A stretch of 32,000 nt of DNA from Candidatus Thorarchaeota archaeon (GTDB taxonomy: Archaea > Asgardarchaeota > Thorarchaeia > Thorarchaeales > Thorarchaeaceae), in assembly GCA_003345555.1 (NCBI GenBank), contig PRDJ01000001.1, forward strand, positions 30,001 to 62,000. The letters are read 5' to 3'. Positions 1 to 9,558 of the stretch are shown here, piece by piece. The notes beneath the pieces are model-generated. The model made no database searches. It was not told the DNA's origin and saw only the letters and a program-made list of their open reading frames with translations. The stretch's first letter is position 1. Each line of letters opens with the position of its first letter. The translations under genes were made by a program, and so were the position numbers.

Positions 1-49
1 CTTCTTCCGCTTCATGTATCATCTCCAAGTCGTCATTGGCTGCACACAT
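1..49 (-). CDS. 5' end of a gene running off the window (MCAANDDLEMIHEAEE...), possibly A/V-type ATP synthase subunit H (G-like stalk subunit)
   Basis: ATG at 49-47 on the minus strand with GAGGT just upstream. The 16 visible codons resemble the LExIxEAEE start of archaeal subunit H, and the gene is divergent from atpI. Too short to be sure. Confidence 0.35.
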   Translation of the reverse strand, partial: MCAANDDLEMIHEAEE

Positions 50-158
50 GGTAAACCTCTCCGGGCGTGGCGAGTTGAAGCTCCCGCGGCTAATCTCCTG
101 ATAAAGATTGACCCTGCCGAATAGCCCGCCCGAGTCTCGGACTCACTCAGACACTACG

Positions 159-164
159 TTTAAA
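159..164. promoter_or_regulatory. Palindromic TTTAAA, candidate TATA element between atpI and the divergent gene
   Basis: TTTAAA at 159-164, about 97 nt before the atpI start (261) and about 110 nt from the minus-strand ATG at 49. Confidence 0.3.
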
Positions 165-260
165 TCGGTCCAACCAGCGCTGTGCCCACTCAGCCCGACT
201 GATACCAAGCGTCCGACATCACGGGTTGACGTGAACCTAGATGCCACGGTGACGGCAGAA

Positions 261-2447
261 ATGCGCCTATCGATGAGTCCTGCAGAGATGGTGATTGCCA
301 AAGTCGTCTCGCATAGAGACTTCGAAAGGCAGGTAGTCATGGCACTAGAGGAGTTCGGTCTTTTTGAGTTCATAGATGTACGCCAGCAGGTAGGACTTTC
401 TGAAGTGAAGAGGTCCAGAGAAGAGGAGACCGTTTTTTCTGTTCTTGACAGATGCTCCAATCTCGTTTCTTTTCTGAAACTGGACGTCCGTCATCATGGT
501 CGTTTGCCAACTGTTATCGATGATACGAGCTTATCAGGCTCTCTTGATTATGTCGGTGGAGTTATCAAGTCTGTTGAGCCCGAAACGCTCGAACTCGAAA
601 AAAGCATTGCATCTGCCGGGCTCGAACTTGAGCGACAGCGTGGCACTAGAGACATAGCAGTCTCATTGAAACCTCTCAGACTTGATCTGGCTCGAATTGG
701 CACCACAGAATATACTTTCACGACGGCTGGGGTTTTGCCAACCGCCCACGTGACCCAGCTTCAATGGAGTTTAAGCGAGGTTACGGAAGGTGCTCTCGCC
801 TTCAGGTCAATCGCGGTGAGGAAAGGAGTATCCGTAGCTAGCATCAGCGTTCCGGTTGATCGAAAGCCCGCAGTACTACGCATACTCTCGGCCTTAGGAT
901 TCGAGACCTTCGAAGTGCCGGAGAAAACGGCCGGACGCCCTGATGAAATCGTGAAGGCAGCCGAGGAAAGGATGGCAGATTTAGAACGCGAGCTTGACCA
1001 ACTTGAGTCCAAGAGAAAATCTATCGCCAATGAGTGGGGTCAACGAGTCATAGCCGCTTGGGAAATCCTAGATATTGAGCGCCGGCGGGTCGAGGTTAAG
1101 TCCTTCTTTGCCTACACTGAGCATTCACTTAAGGCATGGGGGTGGATTCCAGAAGGTACCGAAGAGCGACTTGAGTCTCTGCTGCGAGAAAGAGTTGGCA
1201 CGGCAATTGAAGTGAAGTTCGACCGACCCGATTTTGCAGAGGAGGAGTCGCCGACCTATCTCACGAATCCGTCATTCATGAAAGCCACCCAGGGTGTGGT
1301 GACCGCATACGGAGTGCCCTCGAAACATGATATTGACCCTACGAAGCTCATGTTCATTTCATTCCCCTTGATATTCGGGCTCGTGTTTGCGGATGTCGGA
1401 CAAGGCTTCATCATACTGCTGATCGGTCTCGGAGCTTGGAGGTCCACCCGCAAGGGTCAGGACTGGGGGTCCACGCTTGGGTATTTGCAGACTGGCGCGC
1501 AGGGTCTGATGATGATGGGAGTCTTCGCCATGCTCGGAGGGTTCCTTTTCGGCAGCTTCTTTGGATCAGAAACAGTAATCGAACCCCTCTGGCCGCTTTT
1601 TGTACACACTTTGGAGGACGGCAAGGCCAATCCGTATCGGTCTGCGCATATGCTGAAACTGTCAATTGAGATAGGCGTGATTCACATTACCCTGGGCATT
1701 CTGCTGAGTCTTTACAATAAGCTGAAACATCATGCCTACCGCGAAGCGATGGTATCTTTGTCCTACGTTTGGATGTATCTCGGGTTCGTCAATCTTGTAT
1801 TCGGTGTGAGCTACAACAGCGTGAACAGCTGGTTCAGTTCCGCAGGTGCAGTCTACATGTGGATTCCATTCTTGGGGATTGGCCATGGCACAGGCAATAA
1901 TGGCATCTACCCGATGCTACCAATCAGTCCGTTCATCTTCACTTTGGCGGCCTTCATTGTACCCTTCGTATTAATGGCTGTGACATCGATGAAAGGAGGT
2001 ATGGATGGCGCAGTCATATTCCTTGAGAACAGCATCGGCACTATTAGTCACACTGTGAGTTACGCCCGAATATTCGCCTTGAATACGGTGCACGTCATAT
2101 TGAGCAGCATTTTCATGTCCTTGCCCGCGATATTCGTGATATACTTTCCACAGATCTCCATTGTGGGTGTCAACATAGTTCCTGCGGGTTTTTGGACTGA
2201 GGTGGCGGGCGAACCGGTGCTGATTTCACCCCAAATGCCTCTACTTGGGGCCTTCATAGGTTCCATCATAGTGGGAGTTCTCGAAGGACTTCTTGCCTTC
2301 ATGCACACCCTGAGGTTGCACTTCGTTGAGTGGTTTAGCAAGTTCTATCACGCAGGCGGGGTGGCATTTGCTCCGTACCACGTGAGTCGTCTACACACAG
2401 TGAGTTCAAAGGTTGTGCCAGCAACACAGACGCAATTGGCCACCTGA
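261..2447 (+). CDS. atpI: A/V-type ATP synthase subunit I (a subunit)
   Basis: Soluble coiled-coil N-half, then PTYLTNP...YGVP...IDPT, FGLVFADVGQG, SHTVSYARIFAL (essential Arg) and HTLRLHFVEWFSKFY. The ORF track starts at 108. I prefer ATG 261, which has GGTGA at 248-252. Confidence 0.96.
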   Translation: MRLSMSPAEMVIAKVVSHRDFERQVVMALEEFGLFEFIDVRQQVGLSEVKRSREEETVFSVLDRCSNLVSFLKLDVRHHGRLPTVIDDTSLSGSLDYVGGVIKSVEPETLELEKSIASAGLELERQRGTRDIAVSLKPLRLDLARIGTTEYTFTTAGVLPTAHVTQLQWSLSEVTEGALAFRSIAVRKGVSVASISVPVDRKPAVLRILSALGFETFEVPEKTAGRPDEIVKAAEERMADLERELDQLESKRKSIANEWGQRVIAAWEILDIERRRVEVKSFFAYTEHSLKAWGWIPEGTEERLESLLRERVGTAIEVKFDRPDFAEEESPTYLTNPSFMKATQGVVTAYGVPSKHDIDPTKLMFISFPLIFGLVFADVGQGFIILLIGLGAWRSTRKGQDWGSTLGYLQTGAQGLMMMGVFAMLGGFLFGSFFGSETVIEPLWPLFVHTLEDGKANPYRSAHMLKLSIEIGVIHITLGILLSLYNKLKHHAYREAMVSLSYVWMYLGFVNLVFGVSYNSVNSWFSSAGAVYMWIPFLGIGHGTGNNGIYPMLPISPFIFTLAAFIVPFVLMAVTSMKGGMDGAVIFLENSIGTISHTVSYARIFALNTVHVILSSIFMSLPAIFVIYFPQISIVGVNIVPAGFWTEVAGEPVLISPQMPLLGAFIGSIIVGVLEGLLAFMHTLRLHFVEWFSKFYHAGGVAFAPYHVSRLHTVSSKVVPATQTQLAT

Positions 2448-2495
2448 GAAGCGCATGCATGCTGGATGTGGGTCATTTGCGCGGAGGAAGACCTA

Positions 2496-4862
2496 TCACT
2501 GTCCTCCTGTGCCCAAGTACAGCGCCGCTAGCTCGCTATCGCCCAAGTAGGTGGGAGTCTCGTCTCTGTCCATCTTCTGCCTATTGTCCCAGATGCCTCG
2601 TGCGATCAAGTCTGTAGTCCGAGCCTTATCGTCAACGCTCTGAGCAGCATCGGCATCGCCGATATTCTGGAACATCTGAGCTGCAACGGTGTAGTTGCCG
2701 ACAGCTTCTCTCAACCGGTCGCTTGCCTCCGAGAAATACTGCTTGGCCTTTGATGCATCTCCTTTCTTTGAGTAGACCTCTGCCAGGAAATCGCTCTTGG
2801 CCCCAAGAAGCCTTGATAGGTCGCCCTTGAACTTCACAATGACCCCTTGAAGCTGTTTGACTTGGGCATCCACATTATTCTTGCTACGGATATCCTCGCC
2901 TTTCACGCTGTTCAGCTCATTTGTCGCTGCCTCAAACGCGGCGACCGTCTGTCTGATTCTTCTGACGGTATCATCGTGAAGTTTCACCGTGCTGTCGGAC
3001 ACGTCCTCTTCCACGAACTGTGCTATTTCGTCATCGAATTCCTTCAGGGTGTTCGTGCGTGAGAGTTGTGCTCTGAACGCCCACTGCTCTGACTGCCTGG
3101 CAAATATCTGAGCTTCAGATGCATAGGCCGTAGCTAGAGCCAACTTGCCCAGGTCGGTCAGCTCGTCTGCTGCCTTTGTCTCGCCGATGACCTTGTAGTA
3201 AGTGGCCGAATCGGATGCATGAAGATTCTCCAAGATTCTTGACGTGATGAACTGGACTCCGTGCTGCCTCTGCGAACTCACTTGGAACTGAATGACGTAT
3301 TTCAAGTGACTCAGCATCGCCAGAGTCCTGTTTCTGAGGGTGCCAACCTCTTCGTCGTCGGACTCAAGACTGAGAAGTATGCCGAGACTGCTCAGGCCCT
3401 CTCTAATCGAGTCGAGGGCCGCAGACGGATCCGAGGACAGCTTAGTCCCGGCCTCGTCTAATGACTTGCCAACAATCTCGATGAGGGCCGTCTTTCTGAG
3501 GTCTTTTGCGAAGTCGATCTGCCCCTTTATCGAACCGACGTCGCCAGTCTTCTTTGTTAGCATATCCTCGATGAATGAGAATATCTTGAGGTTCTCCTTG
3601 ATGGCGGCAACCAACTCTCGTGCCTTGGCGAGCTTCTCCGCCTTCTTGAGGTCCTTGAAGATTTCCGCAAGCACCGCCATAGCTTCTTCCTTGTTGTCGA
3701 CCTCAAGGAGTTCGGAGAGAGTTGGTACAGCGGCTTCTGCCTTGCAGAACAATGACTGAGCTTTCTTCCCCTCCTTGTCGCTTCCTGACTGTTCTGCATT
3801 GCTCTGGAGTGAAAGCACCTCTCGGAAGCACTTCTCTGCCCGGCCGAATGCTTCCGAGGACTGCTCGTAAAGCTTGGCCGCATCCTCCAAATTGCCAGAC
3901 CTCATTTGGGCGTCTGCTATGTCATTGTAGGTCATTGCCATGTAGACTTCGCTGAGGCCTGCCGTATTCTGTTTCCATGCCTTGATCATCGATACGCGTT
4001 GCTTGTCCACTGTCTTGCCCTTTTCAAACAGCGGCAAAGCTTCGTTGTACAAGTCTGTGGCTTGTTCGAATATGAATGAGCTGAGCATGTCTCGCCAGAT
4101 CAATTCATCAAACGGGTTGAAGGCTTGTCGAAAGGTACTCTCAGTGCCTATTAGTTCGTTTAGAAACTCGTCGTAGAACTCTGCTTCCGCGGCCTTGCTT
4201 CTGCTCTGAATGTCTGCTGAATCTGCCTCTTGAGCCTTTGAAGAACCCGTCATCAGGCCTAGAGCCATGTGACCCAGTGCGACTCTTCTCAGCTTCTGTG
4301 CGCCGTCGGTCTTGGATGGTATCGCCGAAAACGGCTTTTCAAGCAAGGTATAAACTGCTGCAAGATGACGAGAGGCCTCTTTCTTCTTGTCCTCGTGTTC
4401 GCGTTCAACGAATGGGCCACTCGCAGCCGCGGCCTGATGTAACCAAGCCAAGACTCGGGCCATCCACATCTCTGAAGTACTCTTCTGTGTATCATCCTCG
4501 AGTTCCTTAAGAGCTGTAGAGAGCTTCTCTTTGGCTTCTCCCTCAGAACTCTCAATCCTGCTTCTTAGATAGGCAATGTCAAACTCCTGAGTCATGCTTG
4601 CCTCAAGGAACCCGGCGGCCTCATCATACAACTTAGTGAAAGCATCGTGCATTGCCACGCGCTTCTTTTCGAGCCCCTCTTTATCGTCGATATCATGAAG
4701 GGCGAACTCGCGCACTGCATCTTGGGCCATGATGTTAAGCTCGAAGAGTTTGCTCGTGTGAACTGTCAGTTCCTCTTCTTCCTCAGGCTCAATAGAACTA
4801 GCACCCACTATCTCTACAGGTTTAGGCCGTTTCCGTTTCGAGCCACGCAGTTCATTGCCCAA
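2496..4862 (-). CDS. Large all-helical (TPR/SNAP-like repeat) hypothetical protein, 788 aa
   Basis: Long ORF rich in A/E/L/K with TPR-like segments (AAKLYEQSSEAFGRAEKCF; AKQYFSEASDRLREAVGNYTVAAQMF). No transmembrane segment evident. TTG start uncertain. Confidence 0.8.
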   Translation of the reverse strand: MGNELRGSKRKRPKPVEIVGASSIEPEEEEELTVHTSKLFELNIMAQDAVREFALHDIDDKEGLEKKRVAMHDAFTKLYDEAAGFLEASMTQEFDIAYLRSRIESSEGEAKEKLSTALKELEDDTQKSTSEMWMARVLAWLHQAAAASGPFVEREHEDKKKEASRHLAAVYTLLEKPFSAIPSKTDGAQKLRRVALGHMALGLMTGSSKAQEADSADIQSRSKAAEAEFYDEFLNELIGTESTFRQAFNPFDELIWRDMLSSFIFEQATDLYNEALPLFEKGKTVDKQRVSMIKAWKQNTAGLSEVYMAMTYNDIADAQMRSGNLEDAAKLYEQSSEAFGRAEKCFREVLSLQSNAEQSGSDKEGKKAQSLFCKAEAAVPTLSELLEVDNKEEAMAVLAEIFKDLKKAEKLAKARELVAAIKENLKIFSFIEDMLTKKTGDVGSIKGQIDFAKDLRKTALIEIVGKSLDEAGTKLSSDPSAALDSIREGLSSLGILLSLESDDEEVGTLRNRTLAMLSHLKYVIQFQVSSQRQHGVQFITSRILENLHASDSATYYKVIGETKAADELTDLGKLALATAYASEAQIFARQSEQWAFRAQLSRTNTLKEFDDEIAQFVEEDVSDSTVKLHDDTVRRIRQTVAAFEAATNELNSVKGEDIRSKNNVDAQVKQLQGVIVKFKGDLSRLLGAKSDFLAEVYSKKGDASKAKQYFSEASDRLREAVGNYTVAAQMFQNIGDADAAQSVDDKARTTDLIARGIWDNRQKMDRDETPTYLGDSELAALYLGTGGQ

Positions 4863-4975
4863 TCAGGGATACCCCGGTTGTAGATTCTCTCCTGACTGAC
4901 TCTTGTGCTCCTATACTTAAGAATACCTTGGCCGAATAAGGTGCTTTTCAACGGTTTGCGCTCACGAACGGACTG

Positions 4976-5371
4976 CTAGCTGACTCGCTTTCGGCCAAGC
5001 GCCTTTCTGAATCTGATTCTGCGTCCGTCTCTGAACTTGACGACATGCCCGTCTTCAGCAAGCTTGTTTAGAACTTCACTGGTTCTTGACCGCGACTTGC
5101 CCCACAGCGTTGCGAGCTCTGTAGCTGTCAGACCAACGCTCTCATCTCGCAACATTCCAACCAGCCTTTGCCAACCGATTTCGTAATCTATACAGCTTGG
5201 TTGGTTGGCGAAAACATTGTATTGAGCACTTCTAGGAGCTGGTGCTGCCCGAGCATCTGATCCGCCAATCTTGGCAGTCAACTGATTCACGGTCTCTGTG
5301 AGCTTCGAGACGGTCTTCTTGAGTTCCTTTACTTCGTCTTTGAGTTGACCCACTTCATAATCCTTGGCCAT
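4976..5371 (-). CDS. Winged-HTH DNA-binding protein with N-terminal coiled coil
   Basis: N-terminal heptads (LKDEVKELKKTVSKLTETVNQLTAKI). C-terminal LTATELATLWGKSRSRTSEVLNKLAEDGHV followed by a wing. G-rich RBS (GGAGGGGGGAG) upstream. Confidence 0.85.
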   Translation of the reverse strand: MAKDYEVGQLKDEVKELKKTVSKLTETVNQLTAKIGGSDARAAPAPRSAQYNVFANQPSCIDYEIGWQRLVGMLRDESVGLTATELATLWGKSRSRTSEVLNKLAEDGHVVKFRDGRRIRFRKALGRKRVS

Positions 5372-5385
5372 AGGTCTCCCCCCTC

Positions 5386-5760
5386 CTACAATCTCCCGTA
5401 GTCGAAACGGAACTCTACGTAGTTCCTATGTTTCCCCCTCTTCTCGAATCTCACTTTGGGCTCTTGAGCCTCGAATTCAAGCTCTGTCGGAGGTTTGTAG
5501 TTTTCAAAGTCTTCGGTCGCATGATCATGGACTTGGATATGCTCCATTTCATCTTCGTCTTCAGAGGCAGGTGCCTCCTCCTGACCTGGGAGGGCATTCG
5601 GGGGTATTGTCCCTTTAGCCATCTCGCGAACCAAGCTTGTGCCCTTCGCAGCCTGCGAAGCTTCGTCCAACCCATACTCTGCATCTCTGAGTCCGAGGAT
5701 ATTCTCGAGGATGTCTTTCGTAGTCTTGGAACAGAGGGCTTTCTTGTGCTGGTATGCCAT
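5386..5760 (-). CDS. Hypothetical protein with acidic centre (about 124 aa, MAYQHKK...FRFDYGRL)
   Basis: Part of ORF 5386..5883. ATG at 5760 avoids overlap with trmI. The stop lies 14 nt before the wHTH gene. Confidence 0.6.
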   Translation of the reverse strand: MAYQHKKALCSKTTKDILENILGLRDAEYGLDEASQAAKGTSLVREMAKGTIPPNALPGQEEAPASEDEDEMEHIQVHDHATEDFENYKPPTELEFEAQEPKVRFEKRGKHRNYVEFRFDYGRL

Positions 5761-5819
5761 TGTACCGAGCCCCGTCGACAACAATCGACAGTCAACATAC
5801 GGGCCGACCGGATATAAGG

Positions 5820-6605
5820 TTATGCACTTGTCTCGGCAAGCGACCTCGCGAACGTGAGAAAGCATGTGTGCGCGACCATCCATGTGGTAGGGCGCGTCTT
5901 GTTCTCTCGAACCATTATCTCGCGTTGGAACACTTCTAGAGTCTTAATCATGCCCCATTTCCCGCTCTCGGACATGGCTTTGCAGGTTTTCATCACTTGC
6001 TCAATGGTTGGGCTGCAGCTAGCTATGAAATGACTCGGCTTCAATGCTCTATGGGCTATGTCGACTACCTCCCACGGTGTAGCGAGATCCAGAATGACCG
6101 CATCAAGCTCCGTCTCATTGATGCCTTCAAGAATATCTCTGCGATACATCGTCACCCTGTCCATCGAGGCATAACGTTCCAAGTTCTTCTTTGCTGCCTC
6201 ATACATGTCCTCGCGAATCTCATATGTGTAGACGTGACCCGTGGGACCGACGGCATTCGCTAAGACGTATGTCAGTGCCCCTGAACCTGTCCCGGACTCT
6301 GCAACGCGACTGCCCGCTCCAATTCCCGTTTCAACCAAGATTGTGCCAGCGTCTTTCGGGTAGATGATCTGTGTGTTCCTACCCAGTGAAATCTGAGTGT
6401 CGGCCAGACTTGGTCGATGTATCTGGAAGATTACGCCCGAGTGGCTCGTGACTTTGATACCGTAGGGACGACCGATGATATCATCGAAGCTGATGATGCC
6501 CTTGTTGGAATGGAAGCTGTCGCCGGCCTTCACCTTCCTTATCCAGTTTCTCTTAGCGTCAAGGAATATGTAAACGGTGCAGCCATCTTGAATCAGCTCT
6601 TGCAT
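5820..6605 (-). CDS. trmI: tRNA (adenine-N1)-methyltransferase, m1A57/58, TrmI/Gcd14 family
   Basis: RNTQIIYPKD, SAM-binding ESGTGSGALT, YEIRED, VILDLATPW, SPTIEQV and VAHTCFL motifs. Confidence 0.96.
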   Translation of the reverse strand: MQELIQDGCTVYIFLDAKRNWIRKVKAGDSFHSNKGIISFDDIIGRPYGIKVTSHSGVIFQIHRPSLADTQISLGRNTQIIYPKDAGTILVETGIGAGSRVAESGTGSGALTYVLANAVGPTGHVYTYEIREDMYEAAKKNLERYASMDRVTMYRRDILEGINETELDAVILDLATPWEVVDIAHRALKPSHFIASCSPTIEQVMKTCKAMSESGKWGMIKTLEVFQREIMVRENKTRPTTWMVAHTCFLTFARSLAETSA

Positions 6606-6832
6606 GTGTCATGGGTCATAACATGAGGTTTTGAGTGTTGCTCATCCGCCGTCAACGAAGGGTCTTTTCTGGGAATGGTGACCGAAGGGCGCTTTCGTAC
6701 AAACGTTTATTCGAAGTCGACTTTGAGTGTCTCTCAGGGACAGCCTTGGACGAGCATGGCTCACGTGACCCTGACCCGCGCCCAGAGGTCGAGTCATCAG
6801 CTGACAATGATGTTGTCGACAAGACAGTGATC

Positions 6833-8941
6833 ATGATTCCGGAATCAGTCTTGGAGTTTCACCCAAGCATAGGAATCGCGGCAAACCTGCATGTTGACAC
6901 GGCTAAAGGTGTCATACTAGGAAGGTCAGAGTCATTTCACAAGAAGTACAGGTCAACAGGTATCGGGCTCGTGGGTGCGGTGACAGAGGCGTCTGATGAC
7001 CCGGCCACCTCGCTATTGGGAATGCCAGTCAACATGGACTTAGTAAGCCCTCATGTCATGCTCGTTGCCGGGAAGAGGGGATCTGGCAAGAGCTACACAC
7101 TGGGGCTCATCGCAGAGGAATTGGCTCGCGCCATGGCTCGAAGAGAGATAGAAGTTGCCGTGGTCATTATCGACACGGTCGATGTTTTTCGACTGATGGT
7201 GGAACCGAATAATGAGCAAGTCGCGTCGCTTGAAAAATGGGGTCTGACAGCCCAAGGTTTCCCGGCTGCAGTTTACATTCCGCGGCGCGCGTACACGCAC
7301 ATCCCAGGCGAGGTCAAGGCAAAGTCACACCTTTTTCCGCTGGCGATAAGTCCCTCCGAGCTATCCGTTTCTGATTGGGGATACGTCATCGAGAGACACG
7401 GCGCGCTAAGTACGGCGATGGAGAACCTCATTGGTGATGTTGTTGACGGGTTGAGGCGCGGGTACACTAGAAGCAAAGGAGATCAACAACCACCGAACCC
7501 GGATTTCAGCATTCAGGACATGATACGCTGCGTGGAATCCAGCTCGTCCGTTGCAGACCTATACAAACCCTCGACGAGAACTGCTCTGATTCAACGGCTA
7601 CGGCGAGCTCAGAACCTCGGCATATTCCACCCGGGCGGAACCAGTGCACAGGATCTCGCTGTGGCAGGACAGATTACCGTCATCGACATGGCACCCTTGG
7701 GATCCGATGCAGAGGCTGTGCTGGCAATTCTGACGAACATGTTGAGTAGACAGATACTCACCTATCGAATGGCCTGGACCGATGACGGGACGAGTGCAAG
7801 AGAGGAGCTTCCGCCAACATGGTTAATTGTTGATGAAGCCCAGACTCTCGTTCCTAGGTCTGGGACTACTCCAGCGAAGGATGCGATAGTGAGCTATGCG
7901 AAGCTCGGACGAAGATTCGGGTGCAGTCTCATCCTGTGCACACAGCAACCGTCGGCCGTGTCCGATGAAGCAATATCGCAGGCGGACATAGTCATCTCAC
8001 ACTCTCTCTCCCATGATGCTGACATAAGAGCGCTTCAACAAAGAGCACCAGCCGCGATGCCCGAGGCATTCAAGGACAAGGCATTCATCAGTGGTCTGCC
8101 GAGAGGGGTTGCTCTTGTGTTTGACCAATCCACAGAAAACAGACGCGGATTCATAATGCAAGCCCGACCGCGTATGTCACAGCATGGTGGCACAGACAGA
8201 CTCTCTGCTCTCCTTGAGGCTACCAAACTTATTCCTCCTGATGTGTCTGAGTTAGAAGCAGGGACAATGGAGGCTCCTGAAGGGCTCCTTGACACCGAGG
8301 AGGATCTCCTCTCCAGTCTTCCAGATGTGCCCAGACCACCGCTGAAGCTGAGCAAGAAGGACTGGGATGTCTTGGATGATTGGATTAAGAGCTATGCGAA
8401 GGGTTTCTTCGAGAGACAAAACAGAGAGTATGCTATAACTGAAGAATCTTCCCCGATGGCAGAAGAGGTTCCTGCGTTGCACGCAGCAGGTTCACTTGAG
8501 GAGGTGCCAGCGTCAAGCTCTGCAAGGTTTGTTGGTGTTGTCGAAGGGAAGAGGATTATGGCCAGAGTCTTTGGCGAATTGTCGCCTCAGCTCTTCGAAA
8601 AAGCGATGCTTCGTAAGGTACTCTACTCCAAGCCGTCGCATTCTTTTCTGTTCACTAGCGCATCTCCCTATCGAGAACCAGTCATTGTACAACGTCACGA
8701 TCCGGTAGGGAACAGTACGCTGCAGTCAGTGATGTCCTCATTGTCGGCAGCAGGCATGACATCGGAGTCAATAGTCAGTGAAGAGGGGTTCACATTCATA
8801 CTGCTGAAAAAGGACTCTGTAAAGGCCTCTCTGTCGGTCGCCTTGAGTGGGCATACCACCTGTGTACCTGTGGTGTTCGTGGGCTCTGACAAGAAGCAGC
8901 TGGACTCGCTCGCCCAGAAACTGAGGGAGACGATGCGCTGA
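6833..8941 (+). CDS. HerA/FtsK-superfamily ATPase (DUF87 type) with long C-terminal extension
   Basis: Walker A VAGKRGSGKS, Walker B LIVDEAQ, GRRFG arginine-finger region and CTQQPS. The ORF track starts at 6635. ATG 6833 (MIPES) is preferred but uncertain. Confidence 0.88.
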   Translation: MIPESVLEFHPSIGIAANLHVDTAKGVILGRSESFHKKYRSTGIGLVGAVTEASDDPATSLLGMPVNMDLVSPHVMLVAGKRGSGKSYTLGLIAEELARAMARREIEVAVVIIDTVDVFRLMVEPNNEQVASLEKWGLTAQGFPAAVYIPRRAYTHIPGEVKAKSHLFPLAISPSELSVSDWGYVIERHGALSTAMENLIGDVVDGLRRGYTRSKGDQQPPNPDFSIQDMIRCVESSSSVADLYKPSTRTALIQRLRRAQNLGIFHPGGTSAQDLAVAGQITVIDMAPLGSDAEAVLAILTNMLSRQILTYRMAWTDDGTSAREELPPTWLIVDEAQTLVPRSGTTPAKDAIVSYAKLGRRFGCSLILCTQQPSAVSDEAISQADIVISHSLSHDADIRALQQRAPAAMPEAFKDKAFISGLPRGVALVFDQSTENRRGFIMQARPRMSQHGGTDRLSALLEATKLIPPDVSELEAGTMEAPEGLLDTEEDLLSSLPDVPRPPLKLSKKDWDVLDDWIKSYAKGFFERQNREYAITEESSPMAEEVPALHAAGSLEEVPASSSARFVGVVEGKRIMARVFGELSPQLFEKAMLRKVLYSKPSHSFLFTSASPYREPVIVQRHDPVGNSTLQSVMSSLSAAGMTSESIVSEEGFTFILLKKDSVKASLSVALSGHTTCVPVVFVGSDKKQLDSLAQKLRETMR

Positions 8942-9041
8942 GCGCTCATGGTGCGGCACGCACGGCATGAATCACCACCAGAGACCTTCTCCGAATGTAA
9001 GCTCTTATATGGATGAATCAACAACTTTGTTTGCGAGCCAT

Positions 9042-9401
9042 ATGGTTACCCAAAAGGACATCCGACCACCGGTCAATCTTAAGATCGCATCCATGAAGGA
9101 TTTGGCTAGGATGCTTGTCTCTTGGTCTCAGCGAGATAGACCGGCTAGTATGCTCTACTTCGAGCATCGTGGTAAACACATATACGGAACACTCATTTCG
9201 AACCATGGATACTTCGAAATGTATGGACTTCCTCTATGGGTGTATACCGAGGGCGATGGACCGCCCCGCGGCAACTTCCTATCCTATAAGACCCGCGAGA
9301 AGGAAGCCATTGACTTTACTGAGTCTGTTGATTCCGATCCTATGACCCTTCACTTGCCGATAATCCGGTTGTCCGAGAAACCAATCATCATCGACCTATG
9401 A
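9042..9401 (+). CDS. Conserved-looking archaeal hypothetical protein (about 120 aa)
   Basis: Part of ORF 8967..9401. The KIASMKDLARM...KHIYG...YGLP...LPIIRL pattern recalls small crenarchaeal hypothetical proteins (from memory). TTATAT at 9005-9010 favours the ATG at 9042. Confidence 0.7.
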   Translation: MVTQKDIRPPVNLKIASMKDLARMLVSWSQRDRPASMLYFEHRGKHIYGTLISNHGYFEMYGLPLWVYTEGDGPPRGNFLSYKTREKEAIDFTESVDSDPMTLHLPIIRLSEKPIIIDL

Positions 9402-9558
9402 GGTCGGAAAGTCACCTCATTCACTTGGAGCATGAAGACTCATAGGGTTCGCGATTGCCCGATAGCGAGAAGAGCCTCGCTCTTGAACACTCTATTTCTT
9501 CCCACTTACGAGTCCAACCATAGGGGGTCGGAGTAGGACTTGATGATTTGACTCCAAA

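Noticed and set aside
108-260. 51-codon N-terminal extension of atpI in the ORF track
   Set aside because: Starts at TTG, has low-complexity Pro/Ser/Thr composition and covers the likely promoter. ATG 261 has a GGTGA motif.
6635-6832. N-terminal extension of the HerA-like ORF
   Set aside because: Begins 30 nt from the divergent trmI start, leaving little promoter room, and shows no family-like sequence. Not excluded, only disfavoured.
9465-9484. Overlapping short hairpins (GCGAG/CTCGC and AAGAGC/GCTCTT) between convergent genes
   Set aside because: Stems of 5-6 bp are expected by chance. No support for a switch.
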